Of a stretch of DNA of 43,216 bases, positions 1 to 10,588 are shown piece after piece (the stretch's first letter is position 1; each line of letters begins with the position of its first letter). The DNA is from an uncultured Actinomycetes bacterium (GTDB lineage Bacteria; Actinomycetota; Actinomycetes; Nanopelagicales; Nanopelagicaceae). A program made the position numbers and the translations under genes. Where the stretch lies: assembly GCA_903894425.1 (NCBI GenBank), contig CAITQC010000002.1:1-43216 (forward strand), read 5' to 3'. Under the pieces are notes generated by a model. The model worked only from the letters and a program-made list of their open reading frames with translations. It ran no database searches and was not told the DNA's origin.

Positions 1-55
1 AGCACAAGCACCAACACCATATGTATTCGATCAAGTTTCACAAATCGTGAAGTAA
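1..55 (+). CDS. rplM: 50S ribosomal protein L13, 3' end only (partial)
   Basis: Frame from position 2 reads AQAPTPYVFDQVSQIVK-stop (TAA 53-55), like the actinobacterial L13 C-terminus; lies directly upstream of rpsI. Confidence 0.85.
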   Translation, partial: AQAPTPYVFDQVSQIVK

Positions 56-64
56 GGGATGACA

Positions 65-553
65 ATGTCAGAGAACACAACAGCTTTCGATCTCGATGAG
101 GCCGAAGTTCCTACTTCATACTCTTCTTCAACACCAGCACCTGCAACTAACCGCCCAGCTATCAAGGCTCCAGGTCGCGGAACAGGTCGCCGTAAAGAAG
201 CAGTTGCACGTGTTCGCTTAGTTCCAGGAAGCGGCAAGTGGGTTGTTAATGGAAAGACTCTTGAAAACTATTTCCCAAATAAAGTTCACCAACAACTAGT
301 CTCAGAACCATTCCGCACTGTTGGTGCAGAAAATGCTTACGACGTCTTCGCACGTATCAATGGTGGCGGAGTTTCTGGTCAAGCTGGTGCATTACGTCTA
401 GGCGTTGCACGTTCACTTAATCAGATCGATGAAGAAGCAAACCGTCCAGCACTGAAAAAAGCTGGATTCCTTTCACGTGATGCACGTGTTATCGAGCGCA
501 AGAAGTACGGCCTAAAGAAGGCTCGTAAGCGTTCTCAATACAGCAAGCGTTAA
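65..553 (+). CDS. rpsI: 30S ribosomal protein S9
   Basis: [26 protein letters not shown] and [19 protein letters not shown] motifs; ATG 65 chosen (AAGGGA upstream), alternative ATG 59. Confidence 0.98.
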   Translation: MSENTTAFDLDEAEVPTSYSSSTPAPATNRPAIKAPGRGTGRRKEAVARVRLVPGSGKWVVNGKTLENYFPNKVHQQLVSEPFRTVGAENAYDVFARINGGGVSGQAGALRLGVARSLNQIDEEANRPALKKAGFLSRDARVIERKKYGLKKARKRSQYSKR

Positions 554-575
554 TTCATCTAGTAGAGGAGTTCCG

Positions 576-1916
576 ATGGCGCTCTTTGGTACCGATGGAA
601 TTCGTGGCTTAGCTAATCGCGATTTAACTGCAGAATTAGCACTTGATGTTTCAGTTGCTGCCGCGCATATATTGGTAGAAAGTTCATCAAATAGAGACCA
701 TCGCCCTACTGCAATTGTGGGTCAAGATTCACGAGCATCTGGAGAGTTTCTAGAGGCGGCAGTTGTTGCAGGTTTAACTAGTGCTGGAATCAATGTGTAT
801 CGCGTTGGCGTATTACCAACTCCAGCGATTGCACATTTAGTTGCAGAATCCGGGGCAGATCTCGGCGTAATGATTAGCGCATCGCATAATCCAATGCCAG
901 ATAATGGAATTAAGTTATTTGCACGTGGTGGCGGCAAGTTAGATGATGCAATCGAAGCACGAATCGAAGCGCGCATGGGTGAAGATTGGGAACGCCCAAC
1001 GGGTAAAAATGTGGGCCGCGCAATTAACGATGACAGTGCAACAGAGCGTTATCTCAAGCACCTGCTTGCATCAGTTGAAACTCCACTTAAAGGCTTAAAG
1101 ATCGTTGTTGACTGTGCCAACGGTGCTTCTTCATTTGTAGCACCGCAGGCTTACCGTCGTGCAGGAGCTGAAGTAATTGCAATTTTTAATCAACCCGATG
1201 GTTGGAATATCAACGATGATTGCGGATCTACGCACCTTCATCAACTTCGTGCGGCGGTTTTAAAAGAGGGCGCTGATGTTGGAATCGCACATGATGGAGA
1301 TGCCGATCGTTGCCTGGCAATTGATGCTGCTGGAAATGAAATTGATGGCGATCACATACTGACACTGCTTGCCCGTGGCTTTAAAGCGCGAGGTAAGTTA
1401 AAGGGCAACACCGTTGTTGGCACAGTAATGAGCAATCTTGGTTTTATGCATGCCATGAAGGATGCTGGAATTGAAGTTGTTACAACTCCTGTAGGTGATC
1501 GCTACGTATTAGAAAATATGATTACAAATAATTATTCGCTAGGCGGAGAGCAATCCGGCCACGTAATCATGCGAGATCTTGCAAACACTGGTGATGGAAT
1601 TTTGACTGCTTTGCAACTGCTTCAAGAAGTAGTTCGTACAGGCAAAACGTTGCAAGAACTTGCTGCAACCATGGTGCGCTTTCCGCAGGTTTTGATAAAT
1701 GTTCGCGACGTAGCTAAAGAAAAGTTGTCAGGATCCGTAGTGATTGCAGATGCAGTCAAATCTGCCGAAGATCGTTTAGGCGATAGCGGACGAGTATTAC
1801 TTCGAGCATCTGGTACTGAGCCACTAATCAGAGTGATGGTTGAAGCGGCCAGTGATAGCCTTGCGCAAGAAGTTGCTAGAGAACTTGCAGATATTGTAAA
1901 AAGCGAACTGGGGTAA
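576..1916 (+). CDS. glmM: phosphoglucosamine mutase
   Basis: LFGTDGIRG, ISASHNP phosphoserine loop, DGDADR, GGEQSGH, RASGTEP; GAGGAG RBS. Confidence 0.97.
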   Translation: MALFGTDGIRGLANRDLTAELALDVSVAAAHILVESSSNRDHRPTAIVGQDSRASGEFLEAAVVAGLTSAGINVYRVGVLPTPAIAHLVAESGADLGVMISASHNPMPDNGIKLFARGGGKLDDAIEARIEARMGEDWERPTGKNVGRAINDDSATERYLKHLLASVETPLKGLKIVVDCANGASSFVAPQAYRRAGAEVIAIFNQPDGWNINDDCGSTHLHQLRAAVLKEGADVGIAHDGDADRCLAIDAAGNEIDGDHILTLLARGFKARGKLKGNTVVGTVMSNLGFMHAMKDAGIEVVTTPVGDRYVLENMITNNYSLGGEQSGHVIMRDLANTGDGILTALQLLQEVVRTGKTLQELAATMVRFPQVLINVRDVAKEKLSGSVVIADAVKSAEDRLGDSGRVLLRASGTEPLIRVMVEAASDSLAQEVARELADIVKSELG

Positions 1917-1922
1917 TTAACT

Positions 1923-3761
1923 ATGTGCGGAATTGTGGGTTACACAGGGCCACAATCTGCAGCAACGCCCTTGATTGAAGGTTTGCGACGTCTGGAATAT
2001 CGTGGTTATGACTCTGCTGGCATCGCACTTGGAACTCCCGGAAAACTCTTTATCGAAAAAAAGGCGGGCAAACTCGCCAACCTTGAAAACTCACTTGATG
2101 CTTCACTTCCCGTGGTTCATTCAGGAATCGGACACACTCGGTGGGCTACTCATGGTGGGCCGACCGATCACAACGCCCACCCGCACGTTGATAACGAGGG
2201 CAAATTAGCTGTTATTCATAATGGGATTATTGAGAACTACTCAGAACTGCGCAAAGAACTTGAAGCTCGGGGTCATAAGTTTTCATCAGAGACGGATACA
2301 GAATCAGTTGCACACTTACTAAGCGATTTGCGTAAAGAGCACCACGGCGATCTTTCTGCAGCGATGCGAGAGGCTGTTAAAGCCTTGCGTGGATCATTCA
2401 CACTTCTTGCAATCCACGCCGATGCACCAGATGTTGTAGTTGGCGTACGCCGTAATTCACCGCTAGTTGTTGGCTTAGGCAATGGTGAAAACTTCATGGC
2501 ATCAGATGTTGCCGCCTTTATCGATTACACAAAGCGGGCAGTAGAGCTTGGCCAAGATGAAGTAGTAACAATGACGCCTGACTTAGTTTCAATTACAGAT
2601 TTAGATGGCAATTCTGTTGCGCCAAAGGAGTATCTAATCTCTTGGGATGCAAGCGCGGCACAAAAAGGCGGCTTTACACATTTCATGCTCAAAGAAATCT
2701 TTGAACAACCTAAGGCCGTAGCCGATACTTTGATTGGCCGCTTAAGTGATAATAAACAGATCGTTTTAGATGAACTGCATATGAGTGCTGATGAGATTCG
2801 TTCATTAAAGAAAATTACGGTAATTGCTTGTGGAACGGCCTATCACGCAGGAATGGTTGCAAAGTACGCGATTGAAAAATGGGCGAAGATTCCAGTTGAT
2901 GTAGAGATCGCCAGTGAGTTTAGATATCGCGATCCCATAATCGATGCAGGCGTGCTAGTTATTGCAATTTCACAGTCCGGCGAGACTATGGATACGTTGA
3001 TGGCTGTGCGCCATGCAAAAGCTGCAGGCGGCCGAGTTCTTGCAATTTGCAATACAAACTCTTCAACTATCCCACGTGAATCCGATGCAGTTTTGTACAC
3101 TCATGCTGGCCCTGAAATCGCAGTTGCGTCGACTAAAGCCCTATTAACTCAGATGATTGCCGTGTATTTGATTGGACTGCATTTAGCTCAAGTTAACGGC
3201 GCACTTTCAGATACAGAAGTTGAAGGCCTGTATAACGAATTACTTGAACTTCCAGGCAAGATCGAACAGATTCTGGAGACCGTTGAGCCTCTACGCGAAC
3301 TAACTCGCAGCTTTGCTCAAAACAACATCGTTCTATTTCTTGGCCGCAACATTGGTTATCCAGTGGCCCTTGAAGGAGCGCTCAAGTTAAAAGAGCTTGC
3401 CTATATCCATGCCGAAGGCTTTGCTGGCGGCGAACTCAAGCACGGCCCAATTGCACTCATTGATCAAGGAACTCCGGTAATCGCGATTTTGCCAGCCGGT
3501 CACGAGCATGCCCTTGATGAAAAGATGTTAAGCAATATTCAAGAAGTTAAGGCCCGCGGTGCACGCGTTATCGTGATTGCAGAAGAAGGTGCACATGTTG
3601 AAGGCGCCGAACACATCATTCGAATCCCTGTAGCGCCAGCTTTATTCCAGCCGGTATTAGCCACGGTTCCATTGCAGGTTTTTGCATATGAAATGGCTGT
3701 TGCCCGTGGCAATGATGTCGACCAGCCAAGAAATTTGGCTAAATCAGTTACGGTGGAATAA
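1923..3761 (+). CDS. glmS: glutamine--fructose-6-phosphate aminotransferase
   Basis: MCGIVG N-terminus, GHTRWATHG, SQSGET, C-terminal PRNLAKSVTVE. Confidence 0.98.
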   Translation: MCGIVGYTGPQSAATPLIEGLRRLEYRGYDSAGIALGTPGKLFIEKKAGKLANLENSLDASLPVVHSGIGHTRWATHGGPTDHNAHPHVDNEGKLAVIHNGIIENYSELRKELEARGHKFSSETDTESVAHLLSDLRKEHHGDLSAAMREAVKALRGSFTLLAIHADAPDVVVGVRRNSPLVVGLGNGENFMASDVAAFIDYTKRAVELGQDEVVTMTPDLVSITDLDGNSVAPKEYLISWDASAAQKGGFTHFMLKEIFEQPKAVADTLIGRLSDNKQIVLDELHMSADEIRSLKKITVIACGTAYHAGMVAKYAIEKWAKIPVDVEIASEFRYRDPIIDAGVLVIAISQSGETMDTLMAVRHAKAAGGRVLAICNTNSSTIPRESDAVLYTHAGPEIAVASTKALLTQMIAVYLIGLHLAQVNGALSDTEVEGLYNELLELPGKIEQILETVEPLRELTRSFAQNNIVLFLGRNIGYPVALEGALKLKELAYIHAEGFAGGELKHGPIALIDQGTPVIAILPAGHEHALDEKMLSNIQEVKARGARVIVIAEEGAHVEGAEHIIRIPVAPALFQPVLATVPLQVFAYEMAVARGNDVDQPRNLAKSVTVE

Positions 3762-4430
3762 ATGCAGATTGATACACAGAACCGTAAAAAACAGATGGAT
3801 CGAGCACTGCGCTGGTCTCTAGCTCTTTTTGCTGGATTCTTACTTGTGACTCAGCAAGTCCTAACGTATGGACCGTTGGTTAACTTTGATAATCAAGTTA
3901 ATCGAACTCATCGGCCGCGCTTTGATGGTGTTTCAGGTTTTGTTCTTAGGCGCCTTGATGATTTAGGACTTCGTTGGTTGACTGCAACGGTTTTACTGTT
4001 GGCAGCAGCTTTCATCGCTTATAAATTTAAAACATGGCGCCCATTAAATTTGGCACTCCTGTCTTTACTAGCACTCAACTTAGTTGTTGGAACTTTCAAA
4101 ATCATTTTAGGGCGAACAAAACCACGTGATGGTTTCGATCTTCTGCATGCCGGAGGAATGTCATATCCAAGTGGACATGCATCTAATGCCGTTCTTTCCT
4201 GGGGAATATTGGCATATCTGATTTACCGATATGCCAAAGTCGATAGATATCAAGGCCGTCTTGCAAGCGCTGGAGTAGCAACCATCTCATTAACAATTTG
4301 CATTGTTTCCCTTATTCGCCATACTCACTGGTTTACTGATTTATTAGGTGGTCTTTTTATTGGAAGCGCATTGTTGGTAGCGGTTATCGCCGTAGATAGG
4401 TACGTTCCCTCAAAGAGCCAGCTGCACTAG
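3762..4430 (+). CDS. PAP2-family membrane phosphatase (non-canonical motifs)
   Basis: Several hydrophobic helices; [15 protein letters not shown] and HWFTD resemble the PAP2 C1-C3 motifs. Confidence 0.8.
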   Translation: MQIDTQNRKKQMDRALRWSLALFAGFLLVTQQVLTYGPLVNFDNQVNRTHRPRFDGVSGFVLRRLDDLGLRWLTATVLLLAAAFIAYKFKTWRPLNLALLSLLALNLVVGTFKIILGRTKPRDGFDLLHAGGMSYPSGHASNAVLSWGILAYLIYRYAKVDRYQGRLASAGVATISLTICIVSLIRHTHWFTDLLGGLFIGSALLVAVIAVDRYVPSKSQLH

Positions 4431-4440
4431 ACTTAAACAC

Positions 4441-4785
4441 ATGATTGATGGAATCGGCATTGATGTCGTTGATATCGAGCGTTTTAAATCCTCGTTAGAG
4501 CGAACGCCCGGATTATTAGAAAAACTCTTCACAACCAATGAGCAAAGCAAACCGATCCACTCTTTAGCTGCCCGCTTCGCAGCTAAAGAGGCGCTGGCAA
4601 AAGCGCTCAGCGCCGGTAAAGGCCTTAGTTGGCACGATGCCGAAGTGCTTAACCTTGAAAATGGCAAGCCCGTCTTTTTGTTTCGCGGCGAGATTGCCGA
4701 TCTAGTAGATGGCGCAGAAGTGCATTTATCTCTTTCACATGATGCGGGAATCGCATCTGCAATGGTGATTGTTGAGCGCACGTAG
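4441..4785 (+). CDS. acpS: holo-ACP synthase
   Basis: [30 protein letters not shown]. Confidence 0.96.
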   Translation: MIDGIGIDVVDIERFKSSLERTPGLLEKLFTTNEQSKPIHSLAARFAAKEALAKALSAGKGLSWHDAEVLNLENGKPVFLFRGEIADLVDGAEVHLSLSHDAGIASAMVIVERT

Positions 4786-5888
4786 TGGAACATCGCGCTG
4801 AAGCCCGCATTGATATTAATGCCCTCGCATCAAATATTTCATATTTAAAATCAAAGGTGGGGGTGGATCTATTAGCAGTAGTTAAGGCCGATGCTTATGG
4901 TCATGGCCTCATTGAAATTGGATTAGCTGCAGAAAAAAACGGCGCAGATTGGTTAGGCGTTGCGCTTTTAGAGGAAGCAATTGCGCTGCGTACACATGGT
5001 GTTCGAATCCCGATTCTTGCTTGGTTAGTTCCACCTGGATCTGATTTTAATTCAGCTGCAAAGCACGATATCGATGTCGCGATTGCATCGATGATTGCAT
5101 TAGAAGAGATCTCGCAAGTTCCACTTAAACCTCGTATACATATTGAGGTAGATACCGGAATGACTCGTGGTGGTTTTCTTGATGAATGGTCGCAGTTGCT
5201 GGAGGCTGATTTCTCTAAAGTAGAAGTTGTGGGAATTTTCTCTCATTTTGCACGGGCAGATGAAGCCGGTCAGCAACAGAATTCAGATCAACTTCAAAGT
5301 TTTAAATCAAGAGTAGGTGAATTAGCTGCAGTTGGAATCAACCCACCTATTAAGCATTTAGGTAATTCGGCTGCGACCCTTTTAGATGAAGATTCAATTT
5401 TTGACATGGTTCGAACCGGTATTGCGATGTATGGGTTGTCTCCTGACATTAAGACGATGGGGGATAGTAAAAACCTTGGGCTAAAACCAGTCATGCAACT
5501 GCGCGCTAAATTACATCTTGTAAAGAGAGTCCCTGCTGGTTCACCAGTTGGATATGGTGCAACAGTAATTACAGACAAGGAAACCAAGTTAGGTGTAGTT
5601 GCTATGGGCTATGCCGATGGAATCCCACGGATCTCGCAGGGCGCTGGTGTGTTTGTTAATGGGCGGCGAGCACCAATAATGGGCCGGGTTTCTATGGATC
5701 AATTTGTCGTTGATTTAGGTCCTGATTCTGCAGCCAATTCAGGAGACTGGGTGATTATTTTTGGTGATGGCTCGCATGGCGAGTACACCGCCGATGACTG
5801 GGGTAACGCATCGTTATCAATTAATTATGAAATCGTTACGAGAATTGGGCCTCGAGTGCCTAGACTCTATGCACCTCATGTCTACTAA
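4785..5888 (+). CDS. alr: alanine racemase
   Basis: AVVKADAYGHG PLP-lysine motif, DTGMTRGG, GYADG, GRVSMDQ, INYEIV. Confidence 0.97.
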   Translation: MEHRAEARIDINALASNISYLKSKVGVDLLAVVKADAYGHGLIEIGLAAEKNGADWLGVALLEEAIALRTHGVRIPILAWLVPPGSDFNSAAKHDIDVAIASMIALEEISQVPLKPRIHIEVDTGMTRGGFLDEWSQLLEADFSKVEVVGIFSHFARADEAGQQQNSDQLQSFKSRVGELAAVGINPPIKHLGNSAATLLDEDSIFDMVRTGIAMYGLSPDIKTMGDSKNLGLKPVMQLRAKLHLVKRVPAGSPVGYGATVITDKETKLGVVAMGYADGIPRISQGAGVFVNGRRAPIMGRVSMDQFVVDLGPDSAANSGDWVIIFGDGSHGEYTADDWGNASLSINYEIVTRIGPRVPRLYAPHVY

Positions 5889-6642
5889 TAACGCAGCGCT
5901 GCGAGTTGAAGGTGTCAACATCTCCTTCGGCGGACTTCGCGCACTCAATGATGTTTACCTTGAGATTGGCCAAAATGAGGTCGTTGGATTAATTGGTCCC
6001 AATGGCGCAGGCAAGACAACTTTATTTAACGCTCTGTGCGGTTTAGTAAAACCAGATTCAGGCAAATTCTTCTTAGATGGACAAGAACAAGGTTTTCCTC
6101 ACACGGCCCAGCTAGTTGATTTAGGAATTGCACGCACATTGCAAGGCGTGGGACTTTTTGGAGATCTTACAGTTCTTGAAAATGTCATGGTTGGTGCACA
6201 GCATCTTGCATCCTCAGGTTTAATTTCTGCAGCGTTGGGTCGAAGCGGTAAAGATGAAAAAGAGATTCGCAGAAAATCGATTAGTGCTCTCGAACGGGTA
6301 TATGCAGGGGGATTAGCTAATCGCCGCGCAGATACCTTGTCGTATCCAGACACCAAACGTGTGGCAATTGCACGTGCCCTAGTGAGTGAGCCAAAGATTC
6401 TTATGTTGGATGAACCAGCTGGCGGACTAGGTTCGCAAGATATTGAGTGGATGAATCTTTTGATTCGTAATTTAAGCGCCACGATGTCAGTCCTATTAGT
6501 CGAACATCACATGGATGTTGTTATGTCGGTTTGTAGCAAACTCTATGTTCTTAACTTTGGCGAAGTGATTGCCAGCGGAAGCGCAGAAAAAGTGCGCCGC
6601 GATCCAGCTGTCATGGCCGCATACCTAGGAACAGGTGCTTAA
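5878..6642 (+). CDS. livG: LIV/HAAT-type ABC transporter ATP-binding protein (LivG-like)
   Basis: FGGLRAL, Walker A GPNGAGKT, LDEPAGG, VEHHM, AAYLG; start at ATG 5878 overlapping the alr 3' end. Confidence 0.9.
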   Translation: MSTNNAALRVEGVNISFGGLRALNDVYLEIGQNEVVGLIGPNGAGKTTLFNALCGLVKPDSGKFFLDGQEQGFPHTAQLVDLGIARTLQGVGLFGDLTVLENVMVGAQHLASSGLISAALGRSGKDEKEIRRKSISALERVYAGGLANRRADTLSYPDTKRVAIARALVSEPKILMLDEPAGGLGSQDIEWMNLLIRNLSATMSVLLVEHHMDVVMSVCSKLYVLNFGEVIASGSAEKVRRDPAVMAAYLGTGA

Positions 6643-7353
6643 ATGTCACTCAATGTTTCTAATCTGACAGTTCATCATGGCGCAATCTGTGCAATCAACG
6701 AAGTTTCACTCGCCGTTCCAACTGGAAAACTCGCCGCCATAATCGGCTCAAATGGGGCGGGCAAGACAACTTTGTTACGCACGCTTTCTGGCCTTAATCA
6801 CCCAACCCATGGATCTATCTCATGGAATGGCCAAAGCACTCTTGGAATCAAGCCCGAAATTTTGGTTCGCCGCGGAATTTCTCATGTCTCCGAAGGCAAA
6901 TCTGTTGTGCCTGAACTAACCGTGCGCGAAAACTTAGAGCTCGGTGCAATCTGGCGCCGCAATAATAAAGAGTCGAAAGAATCCATAGATCAAGTTGTAG
7001 AGATTTTTCCGCGTTTAGGTGAACGTATTCAACAGCGTGCAGATACATTATCTGGCGGAGAACGACAGATGTTGGCAATCGGTCGAGCAATTATGTCTAA
7101 GCCCCAACTTTTATTACTTGATGAACCTTCACTTGGTCTTGCGCCTCTTGTAGTGGAACAGATTTTTCAAACTATTCGTGAATTAGCTAATTCTATGAAT
7201 CTAACTGTGCTGCTAGTAGAACAAAACGCAATGGGCGCTCTCAAGATTGCAGATCTTGGAATCGTTTTAAACCTTGGAAAAGTTGTAGCTGTTAATCATG
7301 CGCAAGCTCTAATCGATGATCCAGCGGTGCGCGCCGCTTACTTGGGGTACTAA
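6643..7353 (+). CDS. livF: LIV/HAAT-type ABC transporter ATP-binding protein (LivF-like)
   Basis: GSNGAGKT, LSGGERQMLAIGRA, LDEPSLGLAP, LVEQN. Confidence 0.92.
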   Translation: MSLNVSNLTVHHGAICAINEVSLAVPTGKLAAIIGSNGAGKTTLLRTLSGLNHPTHGSISWNGQSTLGIKPEILVRRGISHVSEGKSVVPELTVRENLELGAIWRRNNKESKESIDQVVEIFPRLGERIQQRADTLSGGERQMLAIGRAIMSKPQLLLLDEPSLGLAPLVVEQIFQTIRELANSMNLTVLLVEQNAMGALKIADLGIVLNLGKVVAVNHAQALIDDPAVRAAYLGY

Positions 7354-7355
7354 CT

Positions 7356-8261
7356 ATGGATTTTCTAAATACCCTTCTCATCGGAATCACCGCCGGATCT
7401 ATCTATGCCTTGATGGCGATCTCCATGGTTCTAGTATGGCGAAGTACGCGAGTCGTTAACTTTGCACAAGCAGGAATGGCTTTGCTGTCGACTTACTTTG
7501 GCTTTGAAGCGGTTTCAAAGTTGGGATCGTTTTGGATTGCACTTCCTGTAGCGATGATTGGTGGTGCATTCTTTGCCGCTCTCGTTGAAATAATCCTGAT
7601 TAGATTGCTAGTTAAACACAGCTCATCAGGACCCATTGCTGGGGTTGCACCGATTATCGCGACTCTGGGTTTATTAGGAGTCATTCGTGCAACCGCTGCC
7701 ATGATTTGGGGAGGTCAAGATGTTCGAATCGTCGGTCCAGTTTCAAATGATGGCTACACAATCAATGGGACAACGTTAGTTTTCTCTCCACTCAAACTTC
7801 TTATCCTTGTGACCGTCTTAGTCTTAATGCTTATTTTGTCTCTTGTATTTCAAAAAACAAACATCGGCCTTGCTTTACGTGCATCGGCCTACGCTCCTGA
7901 AATTGCACGGCTTTCTGGAATCAAAGTCGACTGGGTACGTACCTTAGGTTGGGCGCTAGCCGGTGCGGCCGGTGCGGTAGCGGGTATGTTCCAAACCGTT
8001 AACGGCAACGGAACTTTGTCACCAGATTCGATTGAATTCTCACTCTTATTAGTTTCAGGTTTCATTGCCGCAGTAATTGGTGGCCTCGATAGTTTGATAG
8101 GAGCAGTAATCGGTGGTCTTGTACTTGGACTAATGATTGCTTTTGTCTTGATGTATGTCAGTAGCGGGCTTTTCTTTATCGCTCCATTTGTTATTTTGTT
8201 GATGGTTTTATTCATTCGTCCTCAGGGTGTATTTGGTGCAAAGGCGGCCCGTCGTGCATAA
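7356..8261 (+). CDS. livH: LIV/HAAT-type ABC permease (LivH-like)
   Basis: GSIYALMA...VVNFAQ, GLALRA, AAVIGGL, RPQG; multi-TM. Confidence 0.9.
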   Translation: MDFLNTLLIGITAGSIYALMAISMVLVWRSTRVVNFAQAGMALLSTYFGFEAVSKLGSFWIALPVAMIGGAFFAALVEIILIRLLVKHSSSGPIAGVAPIIATLGLLGVIRATAAMIWGGQDVRIVGPVSNDGYTINGTTLVFSPLKLLILVTVLVLMLILSLVFQKTNIGLALRASAYAPEIARLSGIKVDWVRTLGWALAGAAGAVAGMFQTVNGNGTLSPDSIEFSLLLVSGFIAAVIGGLDSLIGAVIGGLVLGLMIAFVLMYVSSGLFFIAPFVILLMVLFIRPQGVFGAKAARRA

Positions 8262-9243
8262 AAAACAAAGCCGTGACATTGTCCTATTTTTTCTAGGCGG
8301 AGTAGTTCTTTATTTCTTAAGCGGAGTCGTTGACGAACTTCGCGTGTATCAAGGTGCATCGATTGCAGTTTATGTAATTGCGATTTCTTCAATTATTTTA
8401 TTAACCGGTTATTCCGGTCAAGTTTCACTTGGTCATGGTGCACTCATGGCAGTCGGTGCGTATGCAGCGGCTGTTGCACGAATTGAATTCAATGTTCCAA
8501 TCGTCTTATGTTTTGTAATTGCTGTATTGGCCGCAGCTGTTGGTGGTGCGTTACTCGGCGCTGCTGCTGCAAGATTATCTGGACCGTATTTAGCTGGAAC
8601 AACTCTTGCTCTAGCAATTGGATTGCCATCTCTTGCAAATCAATTTACTGTGCTCGGTGGCGAACAAGGTTTGCTATTTGATGTTGGCTTTCCACCGCTT
8701 TCTTTAGGTGAAGAGTTCACGCAATACAAATGGTTCTTTTGGATCGCAGCTTTGGCCGCTTTGATTTCCATGTGGGCAGTTAAAAACATTCTGGGATCAC
8801 GATATGGACGCACCTGGCGAGCAATCCGTGGCAATGAAGTTGCCGCCCAGCTCTCGGGCATCAATGTCGCCCGCTCTAAGATCCTGGCCTTCACCATCAG
8901 CGCCGGAATCGCCGGATTGGCTGGAGCCCTGCTTTCAATGACCATTGGAACGGTCTCTCCGAGTGCATTCCCGCTTGCACTCTCATTTTCCCTGCTGACA
9001 GGCGCGGTCTTATCTGGCATAACTACCCTCGGAGGGGCGATGATTGGGGCAGTGGTCTTGGTTGCAATCCCTGAGCTCGCCGATGTGGTCGCAAACCGAA
9101 TCGGTAGCTCAGAGAGAGTCACCACAAACTTGCCAGGTTTCTTGGTGAGCGCGCTACTGATATTGACTGTTCTATTTGTTCCAAATGGTCCAGTTGAACA
9201 GCACCGTGCTCGTAAAGCAAGAAAGTTGGCGCAACAGAAGTAA
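8254..9243 (+). CDS. livM: LIV/HAAT-type ABC permease (LivM-like)
   Basis: GYSGQVSLGHGALMAVGAY, SRYGRTWRAIR, PNG; GTG 8254 chosen, alternative 8227. Confidence 0.9.
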   Translation: MHKKQSRDIVLFFLGGVVLYFLSGVVDELRVYQGASIAVYVIAISSIILLTGYSGQVSLGHGALMAVGAYAAAVARIEFNVPIVLCFVIAVLAAAVGGALLGAAAARLSGPYLAGTTLALAIGLPSLANQFTVLGGEQGLLFDVGFPPLSLGEEFTQYKWFFWIAALAALISMWAVKNILGSRYGRTWRAIRGNEVAAQLSGINVARSKILAFTISAGIAGLAGALLSMTIGTVSPSAFPLALSFSLLTGAVLSGITTLGGAMIGAVVLVAIPELADVVANRIGSSERVTTNLPGFLVSALLILTVLFVPNGPVEQHRARKARKLAQQK

Positions 9244-9298
9244 GTTCAAGCAGGAAAAGTTTTACCTCTCGTAATAAACCCTCGATGGAAGGAAACAC

Positions 9299-10588
9299 AT
9301 GAAAGCAATGAATCGCCGGAAACTGATATCAGTTTCAGCGGTACTTGCCGTAGCGAGCTTGGCTGCAACTGCAGTCCCAGCACATGCGGCTGAAGTAGGA
9401 GTAACGTCAAAAGAGATCAAACTCGGAATGACCCTCCCAATGACAGGTACAGCATCACTTGGTTACAACAAGATCCCAGGGGCCGCAAAGGCTTATTTCG
9501 ATTATCTCAATGCAAATGGTGGAATCAACGGCCGTAAGATCACACTTGTTGTAAAAGATGATCGCTACGTACCAACTGAAGCGGTAGCTAAGACCAATGA
9601 ACTAATTCTCAAAGATAAGGTCATGGCGCTTCTTGCTCCACTAGGAACAGCGAATGTTAAGGCTGTTGCGGCATCAGTTAACCCAGGTCGCCGCGGAGTC
9701 CCTGTTCTATTCGTTAATACCGGTTTCAGCGGATTTGCTGATGCAAAGAAATATCCAACTACTTATGCAGTATTGCCTTCTTACATTATGGAAGCAAAGA
9801 TCATGGGTCAGTACATCAAGGAAAATTTTGCAGGTAAGAAGATTGGTCTTCTATACCAGGATGACGACTTCGGTACAGATGCGCTCGCAGGATTTAAGAC
9901 TGCAGGAGTTACATTCGCAGTTAAGGTTCCATATGCATCTGGTTCACAAGGCGCTGCAGCTGCAGCTGGATGGATTACAAAGTTCAAGGCTGCTGAAGCC
10001 GATGTTGTAATTCTTTTCGGTGTATCTAGCGCGACTTCTGCAATGCTTGGCGTTGCAGCTCAATTGAAATATGCACCACAGTGGATGCTTGGTTCAGTTG
10101 GTGGAGATGCAACAACTATCAAACTTACAGGCGTTCCAGCTGGTGTTCTTTATAACGCAATTGGCTTCTCGCCAGTTCCAGCTACAACAGATATGAAAGA
10201 TGAATACGTAAAACTCTTCTCTGATATCTATGCAAAGGCAGTACCTGGATCTACTTTCGATCTCAACGTATTGCTTGGAATGAACACAGCGTTTATGACT
10301 GCGCAAGCTCTTAAAGCTGCCGGCACAAACCCAACTCGTAAGTCATTGATGGCAGCAATTGCTAGCAAGGGTTCAACATTTGAGAACTCGGCGTTAGTGC
10401 CTACCGGCTACTCAAAGACAAGTCATGTTGGACTAACTGGTTACTGGGTTGGCAAGTACTCGCCAACAGGTGATCTTTCACCAGTAGGTGGCACATATGT
10501 CACATACACAACCGATTCCGGCGCTGGCGCAGTTGTTAAATCAACATATGTGCGTCCAGCAATGCCAGCGAAGGGACTACCTAACTAA
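9299..10588 (+). CDS. ABC substrate-binding protein, LIV-binding (PBP1) fold
   Basis: AxA signal peptide; GVTSKEIKLG, NANGGINGRKI, DDRYVP, YQDDDFG; GGAAGGA RBS; ends an ABC cassette. Confidence 0.9.
   Translation: MKAMNRRKLISVSAVLAVASLAATAVPAHAAEVGVTSKEIKLGMTLPMTGTASLGYNKIPGAAKAYFDYLNANGGINGRKITLVVKDDRYVPTEAVAKTNELILKDKVMALLAPLGTANVKAVAASVNPGRRGVPVLFVNTGFSGFADAKKYPTTYAVLPSYIMEAKIMGQYIKENFAGKKIGLLYQDDDFGTDALAGFKTAGVTFAVKVPYASGSQGAAAAAGWITKFKAAEADVVILFGVSSATSAMLGVAAQLKYAPQWMLGSVGGDATTIKLTGVPAGVLYNAIGFSPVPATTDMKDEYVKLFSDIYAKAVPGSTFDLNVLLGMNTAFMTAQALKAAGTNPTRKSLMAAIASKGSTFENSALVPTGYSKTSHVGLTGYWVGKYSPTGDLSPVGGTYVTYTTDSGAGAVVKSTYVRPAMPAKGLPN

Noticed and set aside
1910-1925. glmS ribozyme
   Set aside because: Only 6 bp separate glmM and glmS.
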